From the IMG/VR virus record IMGVR_UViG_3300043415_000095, positions 1 through 51,930 of that record: a DNA stretch of 51,930 bases; one strand, 5' to 3'. Both the position numbers and the translations under genes were made by a program. Shown in pieces: positions 27,495 through 37,600 of the stretch. The stretch's first letter is position 1. Each line of letters begins with the position of its first letter. The notes beneath the pieces are model-generated. The model ran no database searches. It was not told where the DNA came from and worked only from the letters and a program-made list of their open reading frames with translations. This stretch comes from a virus. Taxonomy: Duplodnaviria > Caudoviricetes.

Positions 27495-28021
27495 GCGATC
27501 TGTGCCGCCGCATCGAACAGGTCATCGAGTTGGGTATCCGTCCACCCCAACGCAGCAGCAATCCCAGCGACCATTGGAGACAACCGCTCGAAGCTAATGG
27601 CATTGGTCCACGCCAGCACCACTTTTCGGTCAGCATCGGGATCAGCGATCAAGGCTTCGATGTCATCGAGGAGGCCAGCATCAAGCAGTGCGGCCTTGGC
27701 CTGGAATGGGGTGACGATCATTGATCTGCGCTTGGCTTCAAGTCGTTGGGCAATCTCTTCTTGTGTTGCTGGCCGGACTTGCCACGCCAAAATCCACTTG
27801 TCGTTTTCTAGTGTCGGACCTGATCGCTCAATACTTTCGGTGTCAGGGTCGTAGACCGGAACAGGAAGGTCATCCACTGGAAATACGTTCCATTCCGCCA
27901 ACCAATCATCATTCGGAATAGCAGGGAAGCTGGTATCAGGGTTATCGCGCCTCAGATCGCTAACCGAGTAGGGGAATTTCTCAACGCTCTGATTGATGGC
28001 AAGTAGGTACATGCTTAACAT
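27491..28021 (-). CDS. Putative tail fibre assembly protein
   Basis: PYSVSDLRRDNPDTSFP N-domain plus chaperone-like C-domain. Confidence 0.6.
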   Translation of the reverse strand: MLSMYLLAINQSVEKFPYSVSDLRRDNPDTSFPAIPNDDWLAEWNVFPVDDLPVPVYDPDTESIERSGPTLENDKWILAWQVRPATQEEIAQRLEAKRRSMIVTPFQAKAALLDAGLLDDIEALIADPDADRKVVLAWTNAISFERLSPMVAGIAAALGWTDTQLDDLFDAAAQIA

Positions 28022-28061
28022 CTCGTGAAATTTACAATGTAAGATTGAACCACATATATGG

Positions 28062-29216
28062 TCAATAATTTATGACTTTTGTAACCCCATACGAAGGGTT
28101 GACAGAATTAGCTAGTACCACACCGGGGACAGAAGTGACGATATTAGCTGCACCCAGGCCAAAGTAAACGTCGTACTTTGCAATTCGTATATCCCCGTTC
28201 TCCACATATGCTACCGCTGCTCCACCGATCACGGATTGCACTATTGCCCCAGACGTATTTTGCAAAGTGAAATAGTCATTTATTAACGATGCTTGTATGC
28301 TGGATACTTTATGTACCCAGCTCCCAGAAACATAGACTTGGCGCACTGCTAACCATTGTGAATATGAATTACTATTTAACACAGCGGCGGGTGAAAAGTT
28401 TGTTGCTGGGGGTTGACTCGTCACATTACCAAAACCGCCGTCGGCTGTCCCGGAAAACACGCGGGTATCATACCCATCAATACCAGAAATTAGGCAATAC
28501 CCATTAGAGCCGGTGGCTGCGATCGGCCTAGAATAATTGCTATTGTCGCTAGATGACCCGTTGAAAGTTATCGTAGTTCCTGAGCTGTTGACCGTCATTG
28601 TTCCTCTCGCGCCGGCAGCGGAACTTGAATTGTCGTAAGGGGCTTTCGTGCCTATAGTGCCCATGCTGGTCAATAGGCCAGTACTGTTAGATATATTAGC
28701 CTGACCCGCAATAACAGGGTTGTTAATCATCCCGTAAAAGCTGTTATAGTTACCCATGCTAGTAGTTGTCGCGGATGTAATTTGAGTCACTCCGAGATCA
28801 TCAACCGTAAATGTGTACGCGACAGCCTCTGGTTGGCCGGAAGTCGTCCACCCCAGTCTTAGTAGCTTGTCAGACGCAAACTTTAGCTCATCCGCATAGA
28901 TTGGGCCGGGGAAATTGCCTTCCGACACTATTGCTCCAGTCTGTATCGAATAAATCTTATAGAAAGTGTTTCCGTATTGTGTTTGTAGTATGTTACTACC
29001 AAACCTATAAAATCTAGTTTTGTTGAAATAATCGCAATCTATTATCTTTTCAACTGTAAAATTCTGAGTGTTTACAACAAGTATCTTGTAAGTACTCGCG
29101 ACAGTGTATGGCACCATCATATAGTAGCCAGCGTTTCCAACATTATCCCACGGCACGGGGGCGGGGCGCTTCCCTCCAGCAGCCATTAAAATCCTTGTGG
29201 TATTTGGGTCCATCAT
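28062..29216 (-). CDS. Putative receptor-binding / fibre distal protein (low GC)
   Basis: MDPNTTRILMAAGG start, beta-rich, AT-rich relative to neighbours. Confidence 0.6.
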   Translation of the reverse strand: MMDPNTTRILMAAGGKRPAPVPWDNVGNAGYYMMVPYTVASTYKILVVNTQNFTVEKIIDCDYFNKTRFYRFGSNILQTQYGNTFYKIYSIQTGAIVSEGNFPGPIYADELKFASDKLLRLGWTTSGQPEAVAYTFTVDDLGVTQITSATTTSMGNYNSFYGMINNPVIAGQANISNSTGLLTSMGTIGTKAPYDNSSSAAGARGTMTVNSSGTTITFNGSSSDNSNYSRPIAATGSNGYCLISGIDGYDTRVFSGTADGGFGNVTSQPPATNFSPAAVLNSNSYSQWLAVRQVYVSGSWVHKVSSIQASLINDYFTLQNTSGAIVQSVIGGAAVAYVENGDIRIAKYDVYFGLGAANIVTSVPGVVLANSVNPSYGVTKVINY

Positions 29217-29224
29217 TGCACCCC

Positions 29225-29974
29225 TTAGTTGACGTAATCCACAAGCGCTGCGCCGCGCCATCGCGCTCCGGCATCATCAGTAACAAATATAAATAGGTGA
29301 GTTTTTCCAGTAGTTAGCGTCGGCGCTGTATTAGTCGCCCACTTCACTGAAGTTGGCCATGTAATAGTCCCACCCGTGTGAGTGACTTCGACGATAAAAC
29401 TATAGGCTTGCCCTGATGGGACGTTGCTGAACGAGAAAGTGCTACTACTGCTAATTCCTTTAGTGAAGTAGTTCCCAGTGGAACAGTCGATGTCCATAGC
29501 AGACACAGCTACGATATTGCTACGCACTGAACCATTAGCGTAAATAGCGCCGGTGATCGTAGGCGAATTTATTGTCTTATTTGAAAGCGTCTGACTGTCG
29601 GTGGTGCCGACGACTGCGCCGGTGGGGGCAGTTTTAGCGGCAAAGGCTGTGAGGTCGGAGTCCAACGGTTGATAGACAGACGACAGGTCTACTGCGCCGG
29701 TCAGGCCGTTGACGGAGTTGACGCCTCCGGCTGGGCCGGTTGGACCTGTCTCGCCTTGAATCCCCTGTATACCTTGAATCCCCTGCGGTCCCGTCTCGCC
29801 GGTATCGCCTTTGATTCCCGACGAATACACCAACGAGGTCCACGCCGTAGACCCGTCACCCACCTTGAACTTGCCGGTATCGGTTTCGTAGCCGGGTTCA
29901 CCCTCGGCCAACGTCGGATTAGCAGAGGTCCACTCAGCCGCAGTGCCGCGCCGGTATTGAATTTGAATAGCCAT
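29225..29974 (-). CDS. Tail fibre with Mtd-N-like domain and collagen-like repeat
   Basis: IQYRRGTAAEWTSANPTLAEGEPGYETDTGKFKVGDG; GxY triplets. Confidence 0.8.
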   Translation of the reverse strand: MAIQIQYRRGTAAEWTSANPTLAEGEPGYETDTGKFKVGDGSTAWTSLVYSSGIKGDTGETGPQGIQGIQGIQGETGPTGPAGGVNSVNGLTGAVDLSSVYQPLDSDLTAFAAKTAPTGAVVGTTDSQTLSNKTINSPTITGAIYANGSVRSNIVAVSAMDIDCSTGNYFTKGISSSSTFSFSNVPSGQAYSFIVEVTHTGGTITWPTSVKWATNTAPTLTTGKTHLFIFVTDDAGARWRGAALVDYVN

Positions 29975-30207
29975 TACACGCCTCCCGCGTTGAGGGCGGT
30001 AATGCCGCCATAGTTACTGTCAGGATGTCCGCCATCCAACTGGGCAATCACAGCGGTTGCGCCGATCTCTTTAACGGACCCGTCGCTGTGCTTTGTGAAC
30101 AGTCTGGCGTCGGCGGTATTGACTGCCAGTTCGCCAATGTCGAGATCACCCGCCACCGGGGCTTTTCCGGTGACGGTGGATTTCTTGATGATGAGTTTGT
30201 TTGCCAT
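29974..30207 (-). CDS. Small fibre-associated protein
   Basis: GELAVNTADARLF motif typical of fibre N-domains. Confidence 0.7.
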   Translation of the reverse strand: MANKLIIKKSTVTGKAPVAGDLDIGELAVNTADARLFTKHSDGSVKEIGATAVIAQLDGGHPDSNYGGITALNAGGV

Positions 30208-30233
30208 GGCCTATTGAGGTCTGGTGAGTTAAA

Positions 30234-30986
30234 TCAGAACGTGCCGCAATCCAGCGTGATGCCGTCGATGCTGCCGCCGGTGATCGAGACATTGCTGCTG
30301 GCCTGGGTGGCGATGCTGCCGAGGCCAAGGTTGGTTCGGGCGGTGCTGACGCTGGTCAGGTCCGAGAGGTTGCTGGCCTTGACCAGCTTCTCGCCCAGAC
30401 TGGTGCTGACGGTGGTCGCAAAGTTGGCATCGTCACCCAACGCTGCGGCGAGTTCGTTCAGCGTGTTCAGGGCTTCTGGGGCGGTATCAACAATCGCACT
30501 GACAGCAGCGGAGACGAAGGCCGTGGTCGCGATCTGAGTGGTGTTAGTCCCAGCGGTGGCCGTCGGTGCTGCCGGGGTGCCGGTGAACGTCGGGCTGGCG
30601 AGACGGGCCACTGAGGACTCGACCGTGACAGTCACATTGCTGCCATCGACGCTGACATCAATGCCATCCCCGGCGACGACGTTCGGCGTAGCGGAATCGA
30701 CATACAGCTTAGTAGCCGCATGGCCATTGCTGGTCGGCGTCGGCACGGTGACATCGCCGGAGAAGGTCTTGTCACCCGTGATGGTCTGGGTGCCTGACAG
30801 GGTAACGACAGCGCCTGCGCCTGCAATGGCTTCGACGGTGGTGGCTGATCCACCCTCCCCTCCGGTGCCTTTGCCGTAATAGAGAATGTCATCGACCTCG
30901 TTGTAGGCGAGTTCGGCATTGTTGAGGCTTGCAGGTGCGCCCGGTGAACCGGAGGCGCGGCGTTTGATTCTGAGTGTGTTGGCCAT
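30234..30986 (-). CDS. Tail fibre-like protein
   Basis: SPTFTGTPAAPTA...TQIATTAFV...APEALNTLNELAAALGDDANFAT. Confidence 0.8.
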   Translation of the reverse strand: MANTLRIKRRASGSPGAPASLNNAELAYNEVDDILYYGKGTGGEGGSATTVEAIAGAGAVVTLSGTQTITGDKTFSGDVTVPTPTSNGHAATKLYVDSATPNVVAGDGIDVSVDGSNVTVTVESSVARLASPTFTGTPAAPTATAGTNTTQIATTAFVSAAVSAIVDTAPEALNTLNELAAALGDDANFATTVSTSLGEKLVKASNLSDLTSVSTARTNLGLGSIATQASSNVSITGGSIDGITLDCGTF

Positions 30987-30998
30987 AAGTGATGCTCC

Positions 30999-31343
30999 TT
31001 AGAAATTGCCGCCGTCGGTCACGTCGGATCGTGGGGTATTGGTCCAGAGACCGGACTGAAAAGTAAGCACATCGCCTGCGGTCAGTGCGCCTAGTGATAC
31101 CGGCACACCATCCAGAAAGCGAGAGGCATTCGCGCCCGCGTAGTCGAAGAAATCCTGTAGCGTCCCTTCATTGCCGTCGGCCAGCCAGAGTTCGTAAGCC
31201 GAGGCGCCCGGTGTGCCAGTGGCTCCGGTGTCGCCGGTATCGCCCTTGACGCCTTGGGCGACAGCGACCGTGATGACGCGCTCTTCCCACGGGTTGGAGA
31301 CGGTGACAGTGCCTGCAACGGTTTGAACGGTGATCTCAGGCAT
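30999..31343 (-). CDS. Collagen-repeat minor tail protein
   Basis: GVKGDTGDTGATGTPGASAYELW. Confidence 0.7.
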   Translation of the reverse strand: MPEITVQTVAGTVTVSNPWEERVITVAVAQGVKGDTGDTGATGTPGASAYELWLADGNEGTLQDFFDYAGANASRFLDGVPVSLGALTAGDVLTFQSGLWTNTPRSDVTDGGNF

Positions 31344-31692
31344 CTTTAGTGACCTGCGGCACGAGTTTCACGGTGTCGAGGTATCTGTCAGCCGGTGGCA
31401 GAATGGTGATGATGTCGCCGCCCGTGGCCTTGGCCTGGATGTCCCATTGATAGGTGCCGGGTGTCACCGTGGCCGTCTGCACGGCGGTGAACTCCACATA
31501 AGCGATGCCGTTTTCTGGATCATCGTCCGGGTGGTCGCCCGCCCATGAGGACGTAGCCAGTGCCGGAGTCGCATCGTCAAACTCGGCCCGCAGGGTCATC
31601 CAGTGACGCCAGCCGGTGAGGTCGGTGCCTTGGTATTCCAGCTTCAGGCGGTAGGTGTCGCCTTGGCGGATGTCGGGGATGTATTTGCTCAT
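31336..31692 (-). CDS. Minor tail protein (BppU-N-like)
   Basis: IRQGDTY...YQWDIQ; follows tape measure. Confidence 0.6.
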   Translation of the reverse strand: MSKYIPDIRQGDTYRLKLEYQGTDLTGWRHWMTLRAEFDDATPALATSSWAGDHPDDDPENGIAYVEFTAVQTATVTPGTYQWDIQAKATGGDIITILPPADRYLDTVKLVPQVTKDA

Positions 31693-34600
31693 GCAGTCAC
31701 CGCGAGTTTTTGGTTGCGTTTGTGTTGGGCAAACTCGGCTTTGAGTTCCGCCAGTTCCTTGATGACCAGTGGCAGCGCCTGCGACTGCACGGTGACGCCC
31801 GCCCGAGTCTCGGTCTGAATCTCGCGGAGGATTTGCTTGGTCTCGGCATCACCACCCAGCATAGACTTGGTGTCAGCGGCGTTGTAAACCTGCCCCGGAC
31901 GGTTGAAGCGGACCAGTTCCGGGCCTTGTTCACCGACAATGGCGAGGCCGGGTTGGGCGAGTCCGCCGGAGGCATAGCCTGGGATGGTAGGCAGCTTGTT
32001 GTTGGCAAGGATGCGATTCAGTGCGCTTACCGTGTCGCGGCTTACCTTGGTGCCTGCCTGTAGTTCGCCCAGTTGCTTGTTCGCCAGATCAAGTGCGTTC
32101 TGCGCCTGGAGCGCGGCTTCCGCCCGCGCCAAATCCGCCTGACGCTGCGCCTCAATGCGAGTCAGTTCCGCCAGCCGCTGCAACTCTTTCATATCCCGTT
32201 CAGCAGCGGCCTTGGCTTCAGCCATGGCGCGGTTCTTCGTTGGGTCAGAGAGGTCTGCGATGGTTTGCTGAGTCTGCTTCTGCAAGGCTTCGATCTGGGA
32301 TTGCGCGGCATCGCGAATCTGTTCCTGCACTGTCTGCGAGGACTCGCGCATAGCGTCGATGTTGGCCTGCTGCTGTTCGCGCAGGGCATCGAGTTGGTCG
32401 GATTGAATCTCGCGGATAGCGTCCAGCTTTTCGGCCTGTTCCTCGCGCAGCAGGTCCAGCTTTTCCGCCTGCAATTCACGCAGGGCTTCCATCTCAGCGG
32501 CTTGAGCTTCGCGCAGGATGTCGATGCGAGATTGGATGGAGTTCGGATCGGGGGCTGACATGCCGCCGATGGATTCCATCGCCTTCTGCACCCCGTCGAA
32601 GATGTCCTGATAGTTGGTGCTGCTGCCGTAGTACTGCTTTGCAGCTTCGAGGTAGGCATCCGACGCCCCAGCCAGTTTGCCCATGGCGTCGGCATCGCCA
32701 CCTTGGGCCTGTCCGACCAGGGTCTGGTACTGGCGTTGGGCTTCGGCCAATCTGGCTTCGGGTGACAGCGTGGAGTTGGCGGATAGCTTCAGACTCTGCG
32801 CGTACTCGGCCACGCCCTTGATGGCATCACTCAGCTTGTTGGCCGCGTCGAGTTCGTCTTGCAGGGCTTCCAGTTGCGCGTCGTGCAGTTTTTGCAGCGC
32901 GGCCTGTTCCGCATCGAACTGTTTCTGCAACAGCTTCTGCTCGGCGTCGAATTGCTTTTGGGTGATCTTGTTCTGCGCGTCAAACCCTTTCTGCAAGGCT
33001 TTCTGCGCGGCTTCATCCAGCTTGGCTTGGGCTTTGATCGCCGCTTCTAGGCGGTCGTTTTCGGCCTTCACCGCCGCTTCGGTGGCGGCGTTGATCGCCT
33101 CGATGCGAACCTGCAAGGCCGCGTTCAGCCGTTCGGTTTCGGCAGCGATGTATTCGCGCTCGGCGTCCTGGATGGCGGCAATCTCTGCGTTGTAGCGGGC
33201 CATGACCGCTTGCTGGGCGGTGTTGAGCAGGCCGATCTCGGTCTCGACGTTACGGGCCGTACCGGACTGCACACCGGCAATGTAATCGTTGATCGCGGCC
33301 CATGCTTGGGAGAGGTCATTGTTGGCCAGGTTAGCCACAGCACCCGGTCCCTGTAGCTGTGCCAGTTGTGAGGCCAGCGATTTCTGCAAGTCCACCACCG
33401 ACTGCACCCGCTGCTGTGCGGCCTGGACGGTCTGAACAATCTGGTTGAAGACATCCTCAAGGGTGGAGGACATGGCCTTAACGGCATCATCAACAATGGC
33501 TTGCTTCTCGACGCTCAGTCGGGCCTCTTCCGCGATCTTGTCAACGCCTTCCTGAAGACTCAGCGTCAGCAATCGGTCGTTGATCGGGGCCAGTGCAGCT
33601 TGGGCATCGGAGATGGCATTGCCGAAGTACTGAATCTGCTGCTTGCCATCGGCAATCCATGTTTGCAGCTTCTTGATAAGCGACTTGTTCTGCTTGGCTT
33701 TGGCTTTATCTGTCTCGGTCTCAAGCTGCTTTTCCCACTCGGCAATCTGAGTCTGGATGGCTTCAATACGCGCCCTGCTGCCGTCGATTGACCCCTGCAT
33801 CACGGCCTTGTCACCTTCCAGCGGGGCGCGGGCCTTATTGGCAGCAGCGGTAATCGCGTCGATCTTGCCTTTGGATTCACCAGTCAACCCGCCGATGAGG
33901 GTGGCAAAGTCCTTGCCGACCTGATTGATCTGGTCGGAGAATTTCTTGAACGGGTCAAGAATGTCGGCGTATTTGTCCTTGATGCGCTGGGCTTCGTCGG
34001 CCACCTTGGCGAAGGCATCAGACAGCGCAATCATCTGGCCGAACAGCTTCTGACCGGCCTCGTCGGTGACTTTGATGCTGTTGACGAGGTTGTAGAAGTC
34101 CTCTTTGCTCTTTGGCAAGCCGTATCCCAGCTTGGCGAACTGATCTGTGAGATTGCGAACGTCGCCGGAGTAACGGTCGGCTTCGGAGAGGAAGTTTTCA
34201 TTGAATGCCGTCATGGCCTCATTGAAGGCATCCAGCCCGCCAGCCGCGTTAATCATGGTGCGGTTGAGGGTGTTCTCGTCAAACCCTGCGGCCCGCATGT
34301 CCTGGCTGGCCTTGATGAGTTTCTTGGTGGCATCCACCACATCCTCAACGCTGCCATCCAACTGCATGACGTATTGCTTGACGCCTTCCGAGAGTCCACC
34401 CATCTGCTCGACGATGGTCTTCTTGGAAATCTCGGCATCAATCACGCCTTGCTTGGCGGCATCGGTGAGGGTTTTGTAATTGACGGCCTCAAGCCCAAGC
34501 TGCTCCATTGCACCTTTGGCATTGTTGATGGCCGATCCGACGCGGAAATACGTTTCCGCCATGCCCTCACCGGCTTTGCGGAACGGACCGAGATCGAGGT

Positions 34601-37600
34601 CCAGCGCCTTATTGAGACGGCTTGCCATCTGGTCGTTGATCTTGCTGAAGACGGCATTGAGGGCAGCGGTCTGCTCCTCCATGGTCATGTCCTTGAGGCT
34701 GATCTGCTCCATGCCGACCTTGAAGCCTTTCAGCGCGGTGAGTACCTGATCGCCAGACTTGCCAAAGGCCGACGCGCCATCCTGCATGGCTTTCACCATG
34801 TCGCGGAAGATCATGGTGATCTGGTTGCTGACTTCACTGCCAGCATCGCGGACGTAGGTCTTGGTGGACTCACTCAGCGCCATGCCCATCACCTCGAATG
34901 ACTTGGTGATGTCGGCGTACATCTTGGCCGTAAAGTCACCTTTGAGGATGCGGCTCAAACTGGCCTCAAACCAGCCGATACCGCTGTCGGTCAACTGCTT
35001 GTTGAAACCGGAGAACAGGCTGATGTTTTGCTTGCCGAACTGCATCCCGCTGGCCTGGATGGCCGCGTCAATCGACGGCATGACAATGGACGTGACCTGA
35101 TTGGCCAGCGCCAGGATGCTGTTGCTGAGGTTTTCCAGCGACCGCAGCATCGCGGCGGAGTAGTTGAGGTCGTTGCTACTGTTCTGCTTGATGATCTCCA
35201 GAGAGTTGGCGATGGAATTGGACTGCGCGGCGGCGTCACCGAAGACGGTGCCGGTGCCTTGGGTTTTCTGGCGGTCTTCCGCCTTGACGGTGCGTGATCC
35301 GCCGCCCATCGCCGCGATGGTTCCCACCGCATGGCCAATAAGTTGTGCGACCATGCCTGCAACCGCAATGGCGCGGGGAATCGCCGTGTAAACGTCCCCT
35401 TCTTTTAGCTGCTTCAGAATCGCGCCGATTCCGTCTGCGATATTGACGGCATCCTGGGCCAGTGCGGCAGCACCTGCCAAAGCGGTCATGGCCTTATAGC
35501 CGTTCGATCCTTCCTCAAACATCTTTCGCATACCGACTGCTGTGGCGGCAATCGACTGTGCAACGGCTTTGGATGTTTCTCCAAAGCGGGTTTGGCCCGC
35601 TTCGTCGGCTTCTTTGCCTTGTACGGCCAAATCCTTGTATTTGGATTCGATCTGATCCAACTGCTTGGAGAACTCGACCAGAGACAAAGCAATATCGCCA
35701 AACCCATCGGCCTGACTACCCAGCAGTTCCACCCATATCTTCTGGGCGTCTTTCATGCGGCTGATGGTCTGATCCCAGTAGGCATTCATCCGCAGTTGTT
35801 CTTCCTTGACCGACTGCGCGTCCAGCTTGTTGCCCTGCTTGGCCGCTTCTGCACGGGCCTTGGCTTCAGCAGCGGTCACACCATTGATCACATCGAGGTA
35901 CTTCTGCGCGTTGACGGCCTGCTGCTCATGCACCTTGGCGAGGTCGGTTTCCGCCTTGATGCGGTCAGCGGCGCTGTCGGCATGGTCACGCTGCCAGGAA
36001 GCAATCTGCTCCTGGTAGTCGAGCATCTGCATGTCGAGACTGAGCTTATCCAGCGCGGCCTGTTTTTCCGCCTGAATCAGCGTCAGCGCATCGCGCAGCT
36101 TGGCGTTGACGTTCTCACGGGCCTGAGCAATCGCTGCTTGCCCGGTCAGGGTCTCGGTGGCTTCCTGTCGCTGCTGCTCGTTGAGGGCAGCTTGCGCTTG
36201 GGCTTGCCCCAGAGTGGCATCGATCTGGGCTTTCTGGTCGTCAATAGTGGCCTGGAACTGATCCTGACTAAGGGAGGACCGAGCGTCCAGCAGTTCGCGC
36301 TCAATCTGTAGCCGCTTTTCGGCAAACTGCCGTGCATTGGCCAGAAGATCGTCGTTGGTCTGGAGGGTGAGTTGCTTGCGCGATTCTTCAATCGCCGCCA
36401 GTTCGGCTTTGGCCGAGCCGCGTTCCGCCTGGAGTTTGGCCACCTCATTGGCCTGACCCAGTTTCTGCGCCGCTGCGATCTCCATACCGATGTTGCCAAG
36501 CCGTTTGTTAGCGGCTTTCTCTTCAATGGCAATGGAGTCCTGGGTGGCTTGATTACGGGCAATGATGATGCGCCGCATCTCTTCTTCCGCCTGAGCCAGT
36601 GCGCCGCTGTCACCCATCTTCATGGCTTGTTCAGCCGCGACGTTGGCGGCTTGCTGTTGCGACGACAACTGATCCGTCAGCGTCTTGTTCTTGGCCAGCG
36701 CGATCTTGGAGTAATCGTCGTAGGCTTTCTCGCGCCGGGCCAAGCCATCTGCGTAGGCGTCGAACTGATCCTTCTCGGCCTTGGCGATATCCTTGCCGAT
36801 AGCGTCGGTGGCGTTGCCCATGGCCTTTTGCAGCGCCTGCATGTTCTTGAGAATGCGGGTGCCATAGCCTGGGTCTGTGCTGTTGGCGGGGACGCGATTG
36901 CCGGCTCGGGCCACGGCATTTTCCCCGTCGTGATACGCCTGTGCGGCCAGTTGGGTGTCCTTGAACTGGCGTTGCAGCACGGTCAGGTACTTGGCTGCAC
37001 CTACGGTCGCCTGTTCTACGTTAAAGGGGTCTTTGACGCCGTACTGCTTGGCGGTGCCCTTAACAAACTGGAATGCGCCAGAAGCCGTTGTTGTTGCCGC
37101 TTTGGCCAAAGCGTCGAAGCTAGATTCCGCTTTGGCAATTGACAGCAGGAATCCTGGGTCAAACCCTTCCGCTTCTGACGTTTTGACGATCTGCTCGACA
37201 ACCGCTTTCTGCGCCTGGGTGAGTTTCCATGCGGCGCTGGCGGCGTCGATGTACTCTTGCGCTTGGCGACTCAGGCCGCTGCCCGTTTCAGTCGAGTTCT
37301 GCTTCTCAAGCCCCGCCAGCCGATTTTGTTCGCCAGCCAGTTGCTTGGTGAGATTTTCCAATTGCCCGGGGCCGGCAATGCTGATATCCAGCGGGCGCGA
37401 CCACCAGGGTTTTTCCATCTGCTTATTGAGTTCGGCGATTTCCGCCGTGATGGACTTGATATTTTTCCGGGTCCGCTCCAGTGGGGATTCGGTATTGGCG
37501 AACTGCTCTATCTTCTTGGCAAAGGATTCAATAGCGGCAGCAACTTTCTGCGAAGCCCCCGTAGCCTGATCCGCGTCACCAATCAGTTTGGTGAACGCAT

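Noticed and set aside
28046-28066. Palindrome ACCACATATATGGT as another NrdR box
   Set aside because: Poor consensus match, single copy, overlaps a stop codon
29225-29974. Diversity-generating retroelement
   Set aside because: Only an Mtd-N-like domain is present; no reverse transcriptase or TR/VR pair found
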